Source of the DNA: Dehalococcoidia bacterium
GTDB lineage: Bacteria > Chloroflexota > Dehalococcoidia > SZUA-161
Direction: 5' to 3'
Length of the DNA: 34,666 nt
NCBI GenBank assembly: GCA_035529555.1
Contig: DATKWL010000116.1
Coordinates: 1-34,666, forward strand
A model generated the notes under the pieces. The model saw only the letters and a program-made list of their open reading frames with translations, did no database searches and was not told the DNA's origin. Positions 19,956-27,743 of the stretch are shown piece after piece. How positions within the stretch are numbered: the stretch's first letter is position 1; each line of letters begins with the position of its first letter. The position numbers and the translations under genes were made by a program.

Positions 19956-20633
19956 ATGCCTGTCGCAGTGCTGATGTCTGACTATGACCTTCCCACTCGC
20001 TCCGCCTCTGGGTTTGTGCTCAGATATATAGCGCCTAGGTTGGAGCCTGTGCACCTTTACGCCATCATGGCGAGGAGAGTGCCCTTTGAGCTTTCCGCGC
20101 CACAATCCGACTTAATCATCGGAGTCGGCCATGGAGATGAAGTCGGCTTCAGCGGGCAGAACGAGGCAGTGATTCTCGAGGTTGGCAAATATAACCCCGT
20201 GGAAGTTAGAGGCAAGGTGATAAAGCTCTTGTCCTGCCAGACCGGCATAGCACTCGGCCCCGATCTGGTAAAAAATGGTGCAGCGGCTTTCCTTGGCTAT
20301 GTGGACGATTATGTGTGGCTTTGCGATGCTGATCTTGCTTCAACGCCCTGGTCTGATAAGATGGCCACCGCCTGTCTCATGCCGGTGGTAGATTCGCTGA
20401 ACGCACTGCTTGATGGCAAAACATGCCGCGAAGCTTTCCAGATAGAGCTGGACGGCTACTCGAGGAATGCCGAGGTTGAAGAGGACGAACTGGCAAAAAG
20501 CTGTTTAGAGTTCAACCGAGAAAATGCCGTCCTGCTTGGGGATCCAGCGGGGCGGGTAAGAAAACGACCCAAACTCCCTTTGCCATTTCGGTTGGTGCCA
20601 CCGCCTCCGCTTTTAGTGCCTTTAAGGAGGTGA
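19956..20633 (+). CDS. candidate clan-CD-like cysteine peptidase with proline-rich tail (225 aa)
   Basis: IIGVGHGDE (His59) and KLLSCQTG (Cys94), 35 residues apart, resemble the gingipain/caspase His-Gly ... Cys dyad. Tail is KRPKLPLPFRLVPPPPLLVPLRR. Pattern-level evidence only. Confidence 0.45.
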   Translation: MPVAVLMSDYDLPTRSASGFVLRYIAPRLEPVHLYAIMARRVPFELSAPQSDLIIGVGHGDEVGFSGQNEAVILEVGKYNPVEVRGKVIKLLSCQTGIALGPDLVKNGAAAFLGYVDDYVWLCDADLASTPWSDKMATACLMPVVDSLNALLDGKTCREAFQIELDGYSRNAEVEEDELAKSCLEFNRENAVLLGDPAGRVRKRPKLPLPFRLVPPPPLLVPLRR

Positions 20634-20658
20634 TACCAAAAATAAACTAAATAAAAAC

Positions 20659-20688
20659 TTGACAAATTTCTGTCCCTGTGTTTAGAAT
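20659..20688 (+). promoter_or_regulatory. sigma70-like promoter TTGACA-18-TAGAAT with an AT-rich upstream tract
   Basis: -35 at 20659-64 and -10 at 20683-88. The sequence AAAAATAAACTAAATAAAAAC lies upstream. Confidence 0.6.
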
Positions 20689-20699
20689 TGTAGCGGGAT

Positions 20700-20771
20700 A
20701 AAAAGGCGGTCAGTTGCTGAGACGAGAGTTTTGGCTGACCGCCTTTTCTCTTTATTCAGTAACTATCCCGC
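20700..20771 (+). repeat. 72-nt leader element copy B
   Basis: Outer stem 20705-13/20735-43, inner stem 20717-23/20728-34, loop GAGA at 20724-27, followed by TTTTCTCTTT. Confidence 0.8.
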
Positions 20772-20777
20772 CCGCTC

Positions 20778-20835
20778 AAAAACGGGGCAAGCAACCTTCC
20801 CCGGAAGGTTTGAACGGCTTGCCCCGTTCCTTTTT
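20778..20835 (+). terminator. leader hairpin copy (CGGGGCAAGC ... GCTTGCCCCG with inner ACCTTC/GAAGGT stem + U-tract)
   Basis: Outer stem 20783-92/20817-26, followed by TTCCTTTTT. Confidence 0.65.
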
Positions 20836-20872
20836 GGTGAGGGTTGCTTCCCCAGAGTAAAAGGAGGGTGAC

Positions 20873-21187
20873 ATGCCTAATAAGCTTCCGGAGCCAACAA
20901 CTATTATTAGTGCCTTAGGAGGCGGAGCTATTGATCTGGCCGAGGGGCCGGTAATAGCTGCCATCAACACCGCCGGAGTCGCCCAGGAATTTGCCAATAA
21001 TGTCAAAGGTAACCTTGACAACCTCAAGAAGGGGATACCCCAAGACCCGTCAGCTATACCTGATTTTGCGGTGAGGGCAGTCACGCACACGATTTCTGAC
21101 GGCTTGGGTTTCTTCGAGGGCCTCGGCAAAGCGGCAACGCAAACTTTTGAAAGTGTCCGCGGTGAGCTCAGGAGAATCACAGGTTAA
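20873..21187 (+). CDS. hypothetical protein, N-terminal MPNKLPEP (104 aa)
   Basis: AAAAGGAGGG SD. First gene after the double-hairpin leader. Confidence 0.6.
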   Translation: MPNKLPEPTTIISALGGGAIDLAEGPVIAAINTAGVAQEFANNVKGNLDNLKKGIPQDPSAIPDFAVRAVTHTISDGLGFFEGLGKAATQTFESVRGELRRITG

Positions 21188-21197
21188 GGAGAGGAAT

Positions 21198-21527
21198 ATG
21201 CCGTACAAGAATCCAACAGAATTATTGGTTGACGCAACCAAGTTGCCAGCGGCGATAGAGGCGAAGCTGCCCGCGGGCGCGCCCAAACTTTCGACAACGT
21301 TGGTGAACATAGCCACCAAGCTTCCCAAGGTTCCCGATTTCCCGATGGAGCTTCCCGACCTGCCGGCGCCGCCAGAGCTGCCCGAACTGCCGGCACCCCC
21401 TGGAGCTGAGCTGCGGCGCTATGTCACCGGTGTCGAGGTGGCGCCAGTGGTGGGTGCGGCTGTGGTTGCGCCAACGCCAGCGCCAGTACCCGCCAGACGG
21501 GGATTGGTTCCCTTTGTCTATGAATAA
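21198..21527 (+). CDS. proline-rich KLP/ELP-repeat protein (109 aa)
   Basis: AAGGAGAGG SD upstream of ATG 21198. The track ORF 21147 extension overlaps the previous gene. Confidence 0.55.
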   Translation: MPYKNPTELLVDATKLPAAIEAKLPAGAPKLSTTLVNIATKLPKVPDFPMELPDLPAPPELPELPAPPGAELRRYVTGVEVAPVVGAAVVAPTPAPVPARRGLVPFVYE

Positions 21528-21550
21528 ATTTAGGAGGAGGACATAGGAAA

Positions 21551-22309
21551 ATGGCTGAAATTGTTGGGCCAGCATTTGCAAAACTAAATCTGATGGCAGG
21601 CACCGCCAGACTTCTGGAGCAAGTAGACCTAAAGCCAGACGACTTAATGGTCTTCAATAGAGACTTCGACCTGCTTGTGAAGGAGCTGTCAAAGGTTGAC
21701 CCTGAGTTGGGGCACAATCTGGCTGCCGAAAAAGAGTTTTACCTCGGTGTCAACCAGATAGCCAAAGGCTACTTCAACATGAAGCCCTTTGGCGGATTAA
21801 AGTCTTCAACCGGGCAATATGGTATGAACATCATTTCGCCCCAGAATCTGAAGACTGATGCAGCCGGCGCAACCCGCCGATATTTGAGCTGGGCGCAGAC
21901 GCTTAGCGTCACCATTAGCGGCACCCATCAGTTTATACTTGGGACTTCTGCTACTGCAGAGTGCTATGCCTCTGCTGAAAGTGAGAAGAAGGAAGTTATT
22001 GGCTTTCACGCCTTCCTCAGCTATAAGCCGGACCCGAAGCTCGTTCTGCTCCACTTGGAAATCAATGATTACCCCTATCCTACCTGGAATGTGGAGCCAT
22101 ATGCCAAGATTACCAAGGCCGATAAGCTATTCAAGATTCTGCCTATTCCCGGTCGAGTAATCCTGCATCCGGGTGGCAAGTTCGCCCTTCAGGGTTTCTT
22201 CGACATCGGCAGCAGCATGGCCGCCGCGGTTTCTGTTGACGTTGAGATATGTCCATTTGGCCTTTGCTTTGCCGAATACGACCAGTTTGAATCCAGCAAC
22301 ATACACTAA
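21551..22309 (+). CDS. hypothetical protein, candidate major structural subunit (252 aa)
   Basis: AGGAGGAGG SD. Largest ORF of the module. No family recognisable by eye. Confidence 0.6.
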   Translation: MAEIVGPAFAKLNLMAGTARLLEQVDLKPDDLMVFNRDFDLLVKELSKVDPELGHNLAAEKEFYLGVNQIAKGYFNMKPFGGLKSSTGQYGMNIISPQNLKTDAAGATRRYLSWAQTLSVTISGTHQFILGTSATAECYASAESEKKEVIGFHAFLSYKPDPKLVLLHLEINDYPYPTWNVEPYAKITKADKLFKILPIPGRVILHPGGKFALQGFFDIGSSMAAAVSVDVEICPFGLCFAEYDQFESSNIH

Positions 22310-22323
22310 AAGGAGGTGACTAA

Positions 22324-22740
22324 ATGACGACAAGTATTTATAAGTTCGAGCAGGGTCGCCTCCTGGTCCACGAAGAGAGAACGTTAGAGACGGGCTATCC
22401 AGCCGTACAAAGTGGCGTCCCGGTCAGGATCGGCCATGTCAGGGCAATAGACCAAGTTCTTTCTATTGATACCAACTATAGTAGGTACGGCCTTATCACT
22501 CAACTCGACGAGGTGAGAATCAGCGGCAACGAGATTTTCGTGGTGATGCGGCGGGGTGACATGGGTACTGTAGTTACCAGTGGCCTCTTTAGTGGTATTT
22601 CACCTGCGGGTCTCAGCGGAATGGCTGCCCTCGGACTCATGAGCGGTATCACCAGCGGGCTTGACTGGCGCGCAGAGCTGCTCAGTGGAGTAGGAATTAG
22701 CGGCGTGGTCAAGGTAACCGCTAACGTCATTGGCTACTAA
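22324..22740 (+). CDS. hypothetical protein with Gly/Ser-rich C-terminal half (138 aa)
   Basis: AAAGGAGGTG SD. Repeated (L/I)SG motifs. Confidence 0.6.
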   Translation: MTTSIYKFEQGRLLVHEERTLETGYPAVQSGVPVRIGHVRAIDQVLSIDTNYSRYGLITQLDEVRISGNEIFVVMRRGDMGTVVTSGLFSGISPAGLSGMAALGLMSGITSGLDWRAELLSGVGISGVVKVTANVIGY

Positions 22741-22786
22741 GGTCGGCTTTGCCCCCTGAAAAGAGAAAAGAGATGGAGGTGGCCCG

Positions 22787-23401
22787 ATGTTAGAACTGCG
22801 GCCGATTGAGGTCTTTGAGCAGGTATGGCCCAGACCGAAGGTCTTGCTACCGGGGCACAATGTCCAGTTCAGCGACAAGTTCCCCGACGGGCTGGACTTC
22901 GTCAAGGGCAAGACTTTCCGGATTACCAAGACGGCCCAGGTAAGATATGAGCTGTCCTGGATTCTGCCCGCCATCAACTACAAGGATATAAACCTGTCGA
23001 ATGAGAACGCCGGGGAGAAGCTCTATCCCGAGGCTAAGGATGAAGTCTACGAGACCCTTATCGGCTTCAAGCCCGGAAACTACTTTACCCTTATCTACTT
23101 CCCCGCCGAGCAGCCCATCTACCGGCTTGGCTACTACACGATGACGCCGCTTATCAGCAGCGCCTCCCTGAAATACCTTGGCGCCATCAAGCCGGAAGAT
23201 AGCCCGGTAAATAACCCCACCCTCAAGATATACACGTTCTTTAAGCTTAACCCGTTCATCTTCAGGATCGCCGTTGACAACGGCGTGGATTACGAAAAGA
23301 TGACCTGGGAAATCTGCGTCAACAAGTGCAAGCTGGAAACGATTGCGGCCCCGGCGGAGCCGGTTAAATACATACCCTATATTGACGAGCTGAAATGGTA
23401 G
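22787..23401 (+). CDS. hypothetical protein, candidate structural subunit (204 aa)
   Basis: GGAGGTGG SD. Confidence 0.6.
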   Translation: MLELRPIEVFEQVWPRPKVLLPGHNVQFSDKFPDGLDFVKGKTFRITKTAQVRYELSWILPAINYKDINLSNENAGEKLYPEAKDEVYETLIGFKPGNYFTLIYFPAEQPIYRLGYYTMTPLISSASLKYLGAIKPEDSPVNNPTLKIYTFFKLNPFIFRIAVDNGVDYEKMTWEICVNKCKLETIAAPAEPVKYIPYIDELKW

Positions 23402-23411
23402 GAGGTGAGCC

Positions 23412-23774
23412 GTGGCAACTAAGATAGTCAACGCCATAACGACCGGCATGGACCTGTGGGCGGAGCACGAGCACAAGAAGGGGCACCTGCTCGGGCTCAA
23501 AGTTGATAACAAGCACTCAGCGCCCGAGACCATCAGACTCATGGACAACTTCACCACCGATGCCGGCTACACCTCCGGCGGCTCGGCCTACAGCGCCGAG
23601 AGCCTCATCAGCGGCTCCGCCATACAGAAGTTCCAGGTAACGGTCCCGGCGGGGGACTCGATTTCCCTTGGGGAGGAAGACTGCAAGGGTCTTGAGTTTC
23701 TGGGAAGAGCTGCAGCCCTTGGTTCAGCAACAGCATCCGGTTGCATAATCACCGCCCAGTACAAGCTCACCTAA
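23412..23774 (+). CDS. hypothetical protein (120 aa)
   Basis: GTG start with AGGAGGTG 4 nt upstream. Confidence 0.55.
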   Translation: MATKIVNAITTGMDLWAEHEHKKGHLLGLKVDNKHSAPETIRLMDNFTTDAGYTSGGSAYSAESLISGSAIQKFQVTVPAGDSISLGEEDCKGLEFLGRAAALGSATASGCIITAQYKLT

Positions 23775-23783
23775 GGAGACAAT

Positions 23784-24194
23784 ATGCCAATAACGGTAAT
23801 AAAAGGGCCTGAGGGCGTCCGGACAGTATTTAGTGCTGTTGAAACTATCACGCAGCTTAGAACTGTGCAGATTGCCTCCGGCTTTACCAGATCCATAATG
23901 GAGGCTGTTTCAGGTTACCCGGAACTGGGCTTGGGAGTGGCCGCTGAGAGCGTTGCATCAGGGGACTTGGCGAGGATAATAACCGGGGGCTATGTTAGCG
24001 GTGTGATATGCGCCTCTGGTGTTAGCTTTGGCGATATTCTCCAGGCCTTCGCGGCATCGGGACTGGGGTCTGGCACAGGGCATGTGGCGCCACAGCTTTC
24101 CGGTCAGATGATGATTGGTAAGGCAGCGATGTCAGGTGGAAGGGGTAGCGGAATAGGTATGATAGTTGATTTCGGTCCAAAAGCAGTACCGTAA
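23784..24194 (+). CDS. hypothetical Gly-rich protein, faintly DUF2190 / capsid-decoration-like (136 aa)
   Basis: TAAGGAG SD. The Gly-rich pattern (SGDLARIITGGYVSG ... IGKAAMSGGRGSGIGMIV) is only a loose resemblance, recalled from memory. Confidence 0.55.
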   Translation: MPITVIKGPEGVRTVFSAVETITQLRTVQIASGFTRSIMEAVSGYPELGLGVAAESVASGDLARIITGGYVSGVICASGVSFGDILQAFAASGLGSGTGHVAPQLSGQMMIGKAAMSGGRGSGIGMIVDFGPKAVP

Positions 24195-24197
24195 TTT

Positions 24198-24251
24198 AGC
24201 CTTGGCGGCGGAATACCGCTCTTTGTTTGGGCCGTTTGCCAAGGCTTTTTT
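24198..24251 (+). terminator. rho-independent terminator closing the 20873-24194 operon
   Basis: Stem AGCCTTGGC (24198-206) / GCCAAGGCT (24238-46), with an internal GCGG..CCGC mini-stem, then TTTTTT. Confidence 0.6.
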
Positions 24252-24284
24252 GGGGGCAATGTCTGAAGGAATTTTACTATAACT

Positions 24285-24464
24285 ATGCAGCAGACTGTTG
24301 AAATCCCGCTCGGCACTATAAAAACCTACGGCACCGTGAGTGGCTATATCTATCTTCACATCCCGAACTTCATAGCCAAGCAGTTCAACATTACCCCCTC
24401 CACATGTTTCTTTATCATCTACAAAGACAGCAAAATAGTGCTTGAGCAAAAAAAGGAGAAATAA
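24285..24464 (+). CDS. possible AbrB/SpoVT-type small DNA-binding protein (59 aa, below the ORF-track cutoff)
   Basis: My own translation is MQQTVEIPLGTIKTYGTVSGYIYLHIPNFIAKQFNITPSTCFFIIYKDSKIVLEQKKEK. It fits the looped-hinge-helix pattern (IPxxhxKxhxI..., then a short strand ending IVLE). No SD. Confidence 0.35.
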   Translation: MQQTVEIPLGTIKTYGTVSGYIYLHIPNFIAKQFNITPSTCFFIIYKDSKIVLEQKKEK

Positions 24465-24466
24465 TA

Positions 24467-25132
24467 ATGGGTTCCTGGGAACGGCAGAAAGTAAAGGAAA
24501 ACAGAGTACTCTTATCTACTATCTCTCCCCCTGATGGAAAGGTTTCATATCAATGGGCAAGAAGCTGGAGGGAGCTCCAATTACCCCAAGAGTCGGATAA
24601 CTTGATTGTGCAGGGCCTGCCTTACGGCGTTGCTAGGAATTACGCGGTGAAACAGTTACTGGAACAGGGGTTCAGCTGGCTCTTCTTCCTCGACAGTGAC
24701 ATCACTCTGCCACCCAACGCAGTGATGCGACTGCTGGAAACCAAACTGCCCCTGATAGGCTGTTATTATACCCACCGTTTCCCCCCTTACGAGCCTTGTT
24801 TCTACGGAGCTAAGCAGGATGAGCAAGGGAAAATCCAAAAGGTTGCCCTTACCGGGTGGAATTTCGGGGATATTGTGCCGTCTGTATTTTTGCCGGGTGG
24901 TGCTTGCCTGATTCATCGTTGTGTGTTTGAAAGGATGTCGGCGGCAGGGATTAGGAAGTGGTATGAATGGACGCTCGATGTAGATGAACCAATAGGGATT
25001 TCAGAGGATTACTCGTTCTCGTTAAAAGCTTATTCATTGGGGATTACCCCCATGGCGCATACAGGAATCCAAGCTCGCCATGAATGCCTCGCTACCTGCG
25101 GGGTGAGAGGAATAGAGGCAGTAACGCAATGA
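24467..25132 (+). CDS. GT-A fold glycosyltransferase-like protein (221 aa)
   Basis: FFLDSDITLPPNAV (DxD) and SEDYSF. AAGGAG SD. Confidence 0.7.
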   Translation: MGSWERQKVKENRVLLSTISPPDGKVSYQWARSWRELQLPQESDNLIVQGLPYGVARNYAVKQLLEQGFSWLFFLDSDITLPPNAVMRLLETKLPLIGCYYTHRFPPYEPCFYGAKQDEQGKIQKVALTGWNFGDIVPSVFLPGGACLIHRCVFERMSAAGIRKWYEWTLDVDEPIGISEDYSFSLKAYSLGITPMAHTGIQARHECLATCGVRGIEAVTQ

Positions 25133-26673
25133 AAGCAGAAGATTGCCCCAAGGTTAAAATGGACGGCAAATTAAAAAGCTTGGAAGAACTCACTGAAATA
25201 GTTCAAGCATTGAAGGAACAAGACAAGAAAATCGTCCATTGCCACGGGGTCTTTGACCTCCTCCATCCAGGCCATATCCGCCATTTGAAAGCGGCTAGTC
25301 GTGAGGGGGATGTGCTTATAGTAACCGTGACCCTGGACAGATTTGTCAATAAAGGATCCGGCCGCCCCGTTTTTAATGAGGAACTCCGTGCCGAATCTAT
25401 CGCTGCCCTACACTGTGTGGACTTTGTGGCCATTAATGAGTGGCCAACAGCCGTTGAGACAATAAAGAAATTGAAACCTGATGTCTATGTTAAGGGGAGC
25501 GATTACATTCACCGTGAAAATGACCCAACCGGGGGGATATATGAAGAGGAGGAAGCCATTTGGTCCATTGGCGGGCGAATTCACTTTACTAATGAACTCT
25601 CCTTCAGCTCAACCGAGTTACTGAACGGTAACTTTAGCATCCCCAAACAGGCACAGAAATTCCTTGAGCAGTTCCGTTCCATATACTCGGCAGATGATGT
25701 TATACAACGACTAAGAGAGCTGGCAAAAACGAAGGTGCTCGTCATCGGCGATGCGATTATCGATGAGTACCACTACTGCGAACCTATGGGAAAGTCCCCC
25801 AAGGAGAGCATCATGACGACAAGATATCTGCGCGAGGAGGCGTTCGCCGGGGGTGCCCTGGCAGCTGCCAACCACGCTGCTGGATTCTGTGAATGCGTTC
25901 ACTTGATTACCTGTTTGGGGGCAGAGAGCAGCCAAGAGGGATTCATTAGGAGTCACCTCAGGTCAAACGTGAAGGCAAAGTTCTTTTACCGTGAAGATGC
26001 CCCCACACCAACCAAGCGCCGCTATATTGACCCTTTTCTAGCCAAGATATTCGCTGTCTATTACTTGAATAATAGCGATTTGCCTCTGGCTATCGAGAAT
26101 GAAGTTTGCCAGTATATAGAGGCAAACGTTGGGGAATACGACTTAGTCGTCGTAACCGATTTCGGGCACGGATTTATTGGCTCCCGAATCATAGACTTGG
26201 TATGCAACAAAGCCCGGTTTCTGGCTGTCACCGCCCAGACTAATAGTGCCAATATTGGCTTCAATCAGATAACGAAATACCCCAGAGCTGATTATATCTG
26301 TCTTGATGGGTTAGAACTTCGACTCGCCTGTCATGACAAATGTGGTGAGTTTGAAAAACTAGTGCCTAGAATAGGGCAACTGCTTGAATGCAACAACATT
26401 GCCGTTACCCGCGGCAATGACGGTTCACTGACTTACCTGGGCCAAGGTGGCTTCTTTGAAGTCCCTGCCCTAACTGACAAGGTGGTGGATAGACTCGGCG
26501 CCGGTGATGCTTATCTCGCCATTACCGCACCCTGCGCCGCCAAGGGTTACCCTATGGACATGGTAGGTTTTATCGGGAATGCGGTAGGTGCTCTCCAAGT
26601 TCAAGGCATTGGTAACAAAGAGCCGGTGGCGGCACCTGCTTTGTTTAAATTCATTAAGGCGTTGCTTAAATAA
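25129..26673 (+). CDS. bifunctional nucleotidyltransferase (N-terminal) / PfkB sugar kinase (C-terminal), 514 aa
   Basis: HCHGVFDLLHPGHIRHL (HxGH cytidylyltransferase-like) at the N-terminus. LGAGDAYLA (PfkB GAGD) near the C-terminus. ATGA overlap with the upstream stop. Confidence 0.85.
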   Translation: MKAEDCPKVKMDGKLKSLEELTEIVQALKEQDKKIVHCHGVFDLLHPGHIRHLKAASREGDVLIVTVTLDRFVNKGSGRPVFNEELRAESIAALHCVDFVAINEWPTAVETIKKLKPDVYVKGSDYIHRENDPTGGIYEEEEAIWSIGGRIHFTNELSFSSTELLNGNFSIPKQAQKFLEQFRSIYSADDVIQRLRELAKTKVLVIGDAIIDEYHYCEPMGKSPKESIMTTRYLREEAFAGGALAAANHAAGFCECVHLITCLGAESSQEGFIRSHLRSNVKAKFFYREDAPTPTKRRYIDPFLAKIFAVYYLNNSDLPLAIENEVCQYIEANVGEYDLVVVTDFGHGFIGSRIIDLVCNKARFLAVTAQTNSANIGFNQITKYPRADYICLDGLELRLACHDKCGEFEKLVPRIGQLLECNNIAVTRGNDGSLTYLGQGGFFEVPALTDKVVDRLGAGDAYLAITAPCAAKGYPMDMVGFIGNAVGALQVQGIGNKEPVAAPALFKFIKALLK

Positions 26674-27743
26674 TGGATAATTTAAGGATTGATTCGCATA
26701 AATTGCTTTATCACCCAAAAAGGGTAGCCCAGTGGCTCAACGAGGAGAATGTCTACCCGCTTTATCTTGAGATTGGGCCCTCAGGCAGGTGTAATCACTG
26801 TTGCATATTTTGTTCCTTCGATTACCTAAAGTACCAAGGCCCGTTTATTGAAAAGGGTGCTCTGGCTAGCTTTATTTCCGAGTCGGCCACAGTGGGAGTT
26901 AAAAGCGTTCTCTATTCCGGAGAAGGAGAGCCACTACTACATGAGGATGTAGCCGAAATTATCCTGCAAACGGAGAAATTTGGCATTGATGTAGCACTCA
27001 GCACCAATGGTGTTCTCTTTAACAACAGTCTTGCTAGGCAAACTCTGGGCTCCCTTACTTGGATAAGATTTAGCCTGGATGCTGCCACCAAAGAGACACA
27101 CGGTAAAATTCACCGTTGCCCAGAAGGGGACTTTGGTTTAATCATCAAAAACATCTCTGATGCCGTCAAAATAAAGAGACAGAATAACTACGCCTGCACC
27201 ATTGGCGTTCAGTTTCTTTTGCTCCCGGAGAACCACCACGAAGCCATCAAGCTGGCAGCAATGACGGGAGATATGGGAGTTGACTATTTAACAATAAAAC
27301 CCTTCTACAGGCGCCCGATGAGTTATCATACCCCCGATAGGGACTTCCATTATACTGATCTCTTAGCCCTTGATGACGACCTTCAGGAATTGGCAAGCGA
27401 CCAATTCAAGGTAATTTTCCGTGCCCGCGCCATGGAGAAACTTGAAGATGAGAAGAAGGAGTACGAGCAATGTTTGGGATTGCCCTTTGCCGCTCATATT
27501 GACGCCAAGGGAGATATGTATACATGCAGTGCCTTTGTCGGGGATAAAAACTTTTGCTATGGCAATATCTACCAGAGTTCCTTTTCTGAAATCTGGGAAG
27601 GGGAAAAGAGGAAAGAGGTATTGCTGAGAGTAGCTGAAATGGACATTAGCCAGTGCCGTAGGAATTGCAGGCTGGATGAGATAAACAGATACTTGTGGAG
27701 CTTAAGGCATACCGAACAGATTCCTCATGGAAAATTTATTTAA
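26673..27743 (+). CDS. radical SAM enzyme with C-terminal Cys-rich auxiliary region (356 aa)
   Basis: CNHCCIFC provides CxxxCxxC, followed by GEGEPLL. Additional Cys cluster near the C-terminus. Confidence 0.85.
   Translation: MDNLRIDSHKLLYHPKRVAQWLNEENVYPLYLEIGPSGRCNHCCIFCSFDYLKYQGPFIEKGALASFISESATVGVKSVLYSGEGEPLLHEDVAEIILQTEKFGIDVALSTNGVLFNNSLARQTLGSLTWIRFSLDAATKETHGKIHRCPEGDFGLIIKNISDAVKIKRQNNYACTIGVQFLLLPENHHEAIKLAAMTGDMGVDYLTIKPFYRRPMSYHTPDRDFHYTDLLALDDDLQELASDQFKVIFRARAMEKLEDEKKEYEQCLGLPFAAHIDAKGDMYTCSAFVGDKNFCYGNIYQSSFSEIWEGEKRKEVLLRVAEMDISQCRRNCRLDEINRYLWSLRHTEQIPHGKFI

Noticed and set aside
9124-20771. The two 72-nt direct repeats considered as att sites flanking an 11.6-kb inserted island.
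   Set aside because: No integrase or recombinase lies between or beside them. Both copies sit at the same position relative to a promoter, a second conserved hairpin and a start codon, and their substitutions preserve an RNA fold. A duplicated regulatory leader fits better, but this cannot be fully excluded without flanking or comparative data.
22847-23557. 236-aa minus-strand ORF opposite 22787..23401 and 23412..23774.
   Set aside because: It spans two plus-strand genes and their intergenic SD, has no RBS, and runs against the polarity of the operon.
24132-24449. 105-aa minus-strand ORF in the gap before the sugar operon.
   Set aside because: It overlaps the 3' end of CDS 23784..24194 and runs through its terminator. 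It lacks an SD. A plus-strand AbrB-like 59-aa ORF explains the open frame better, although neither is certain.
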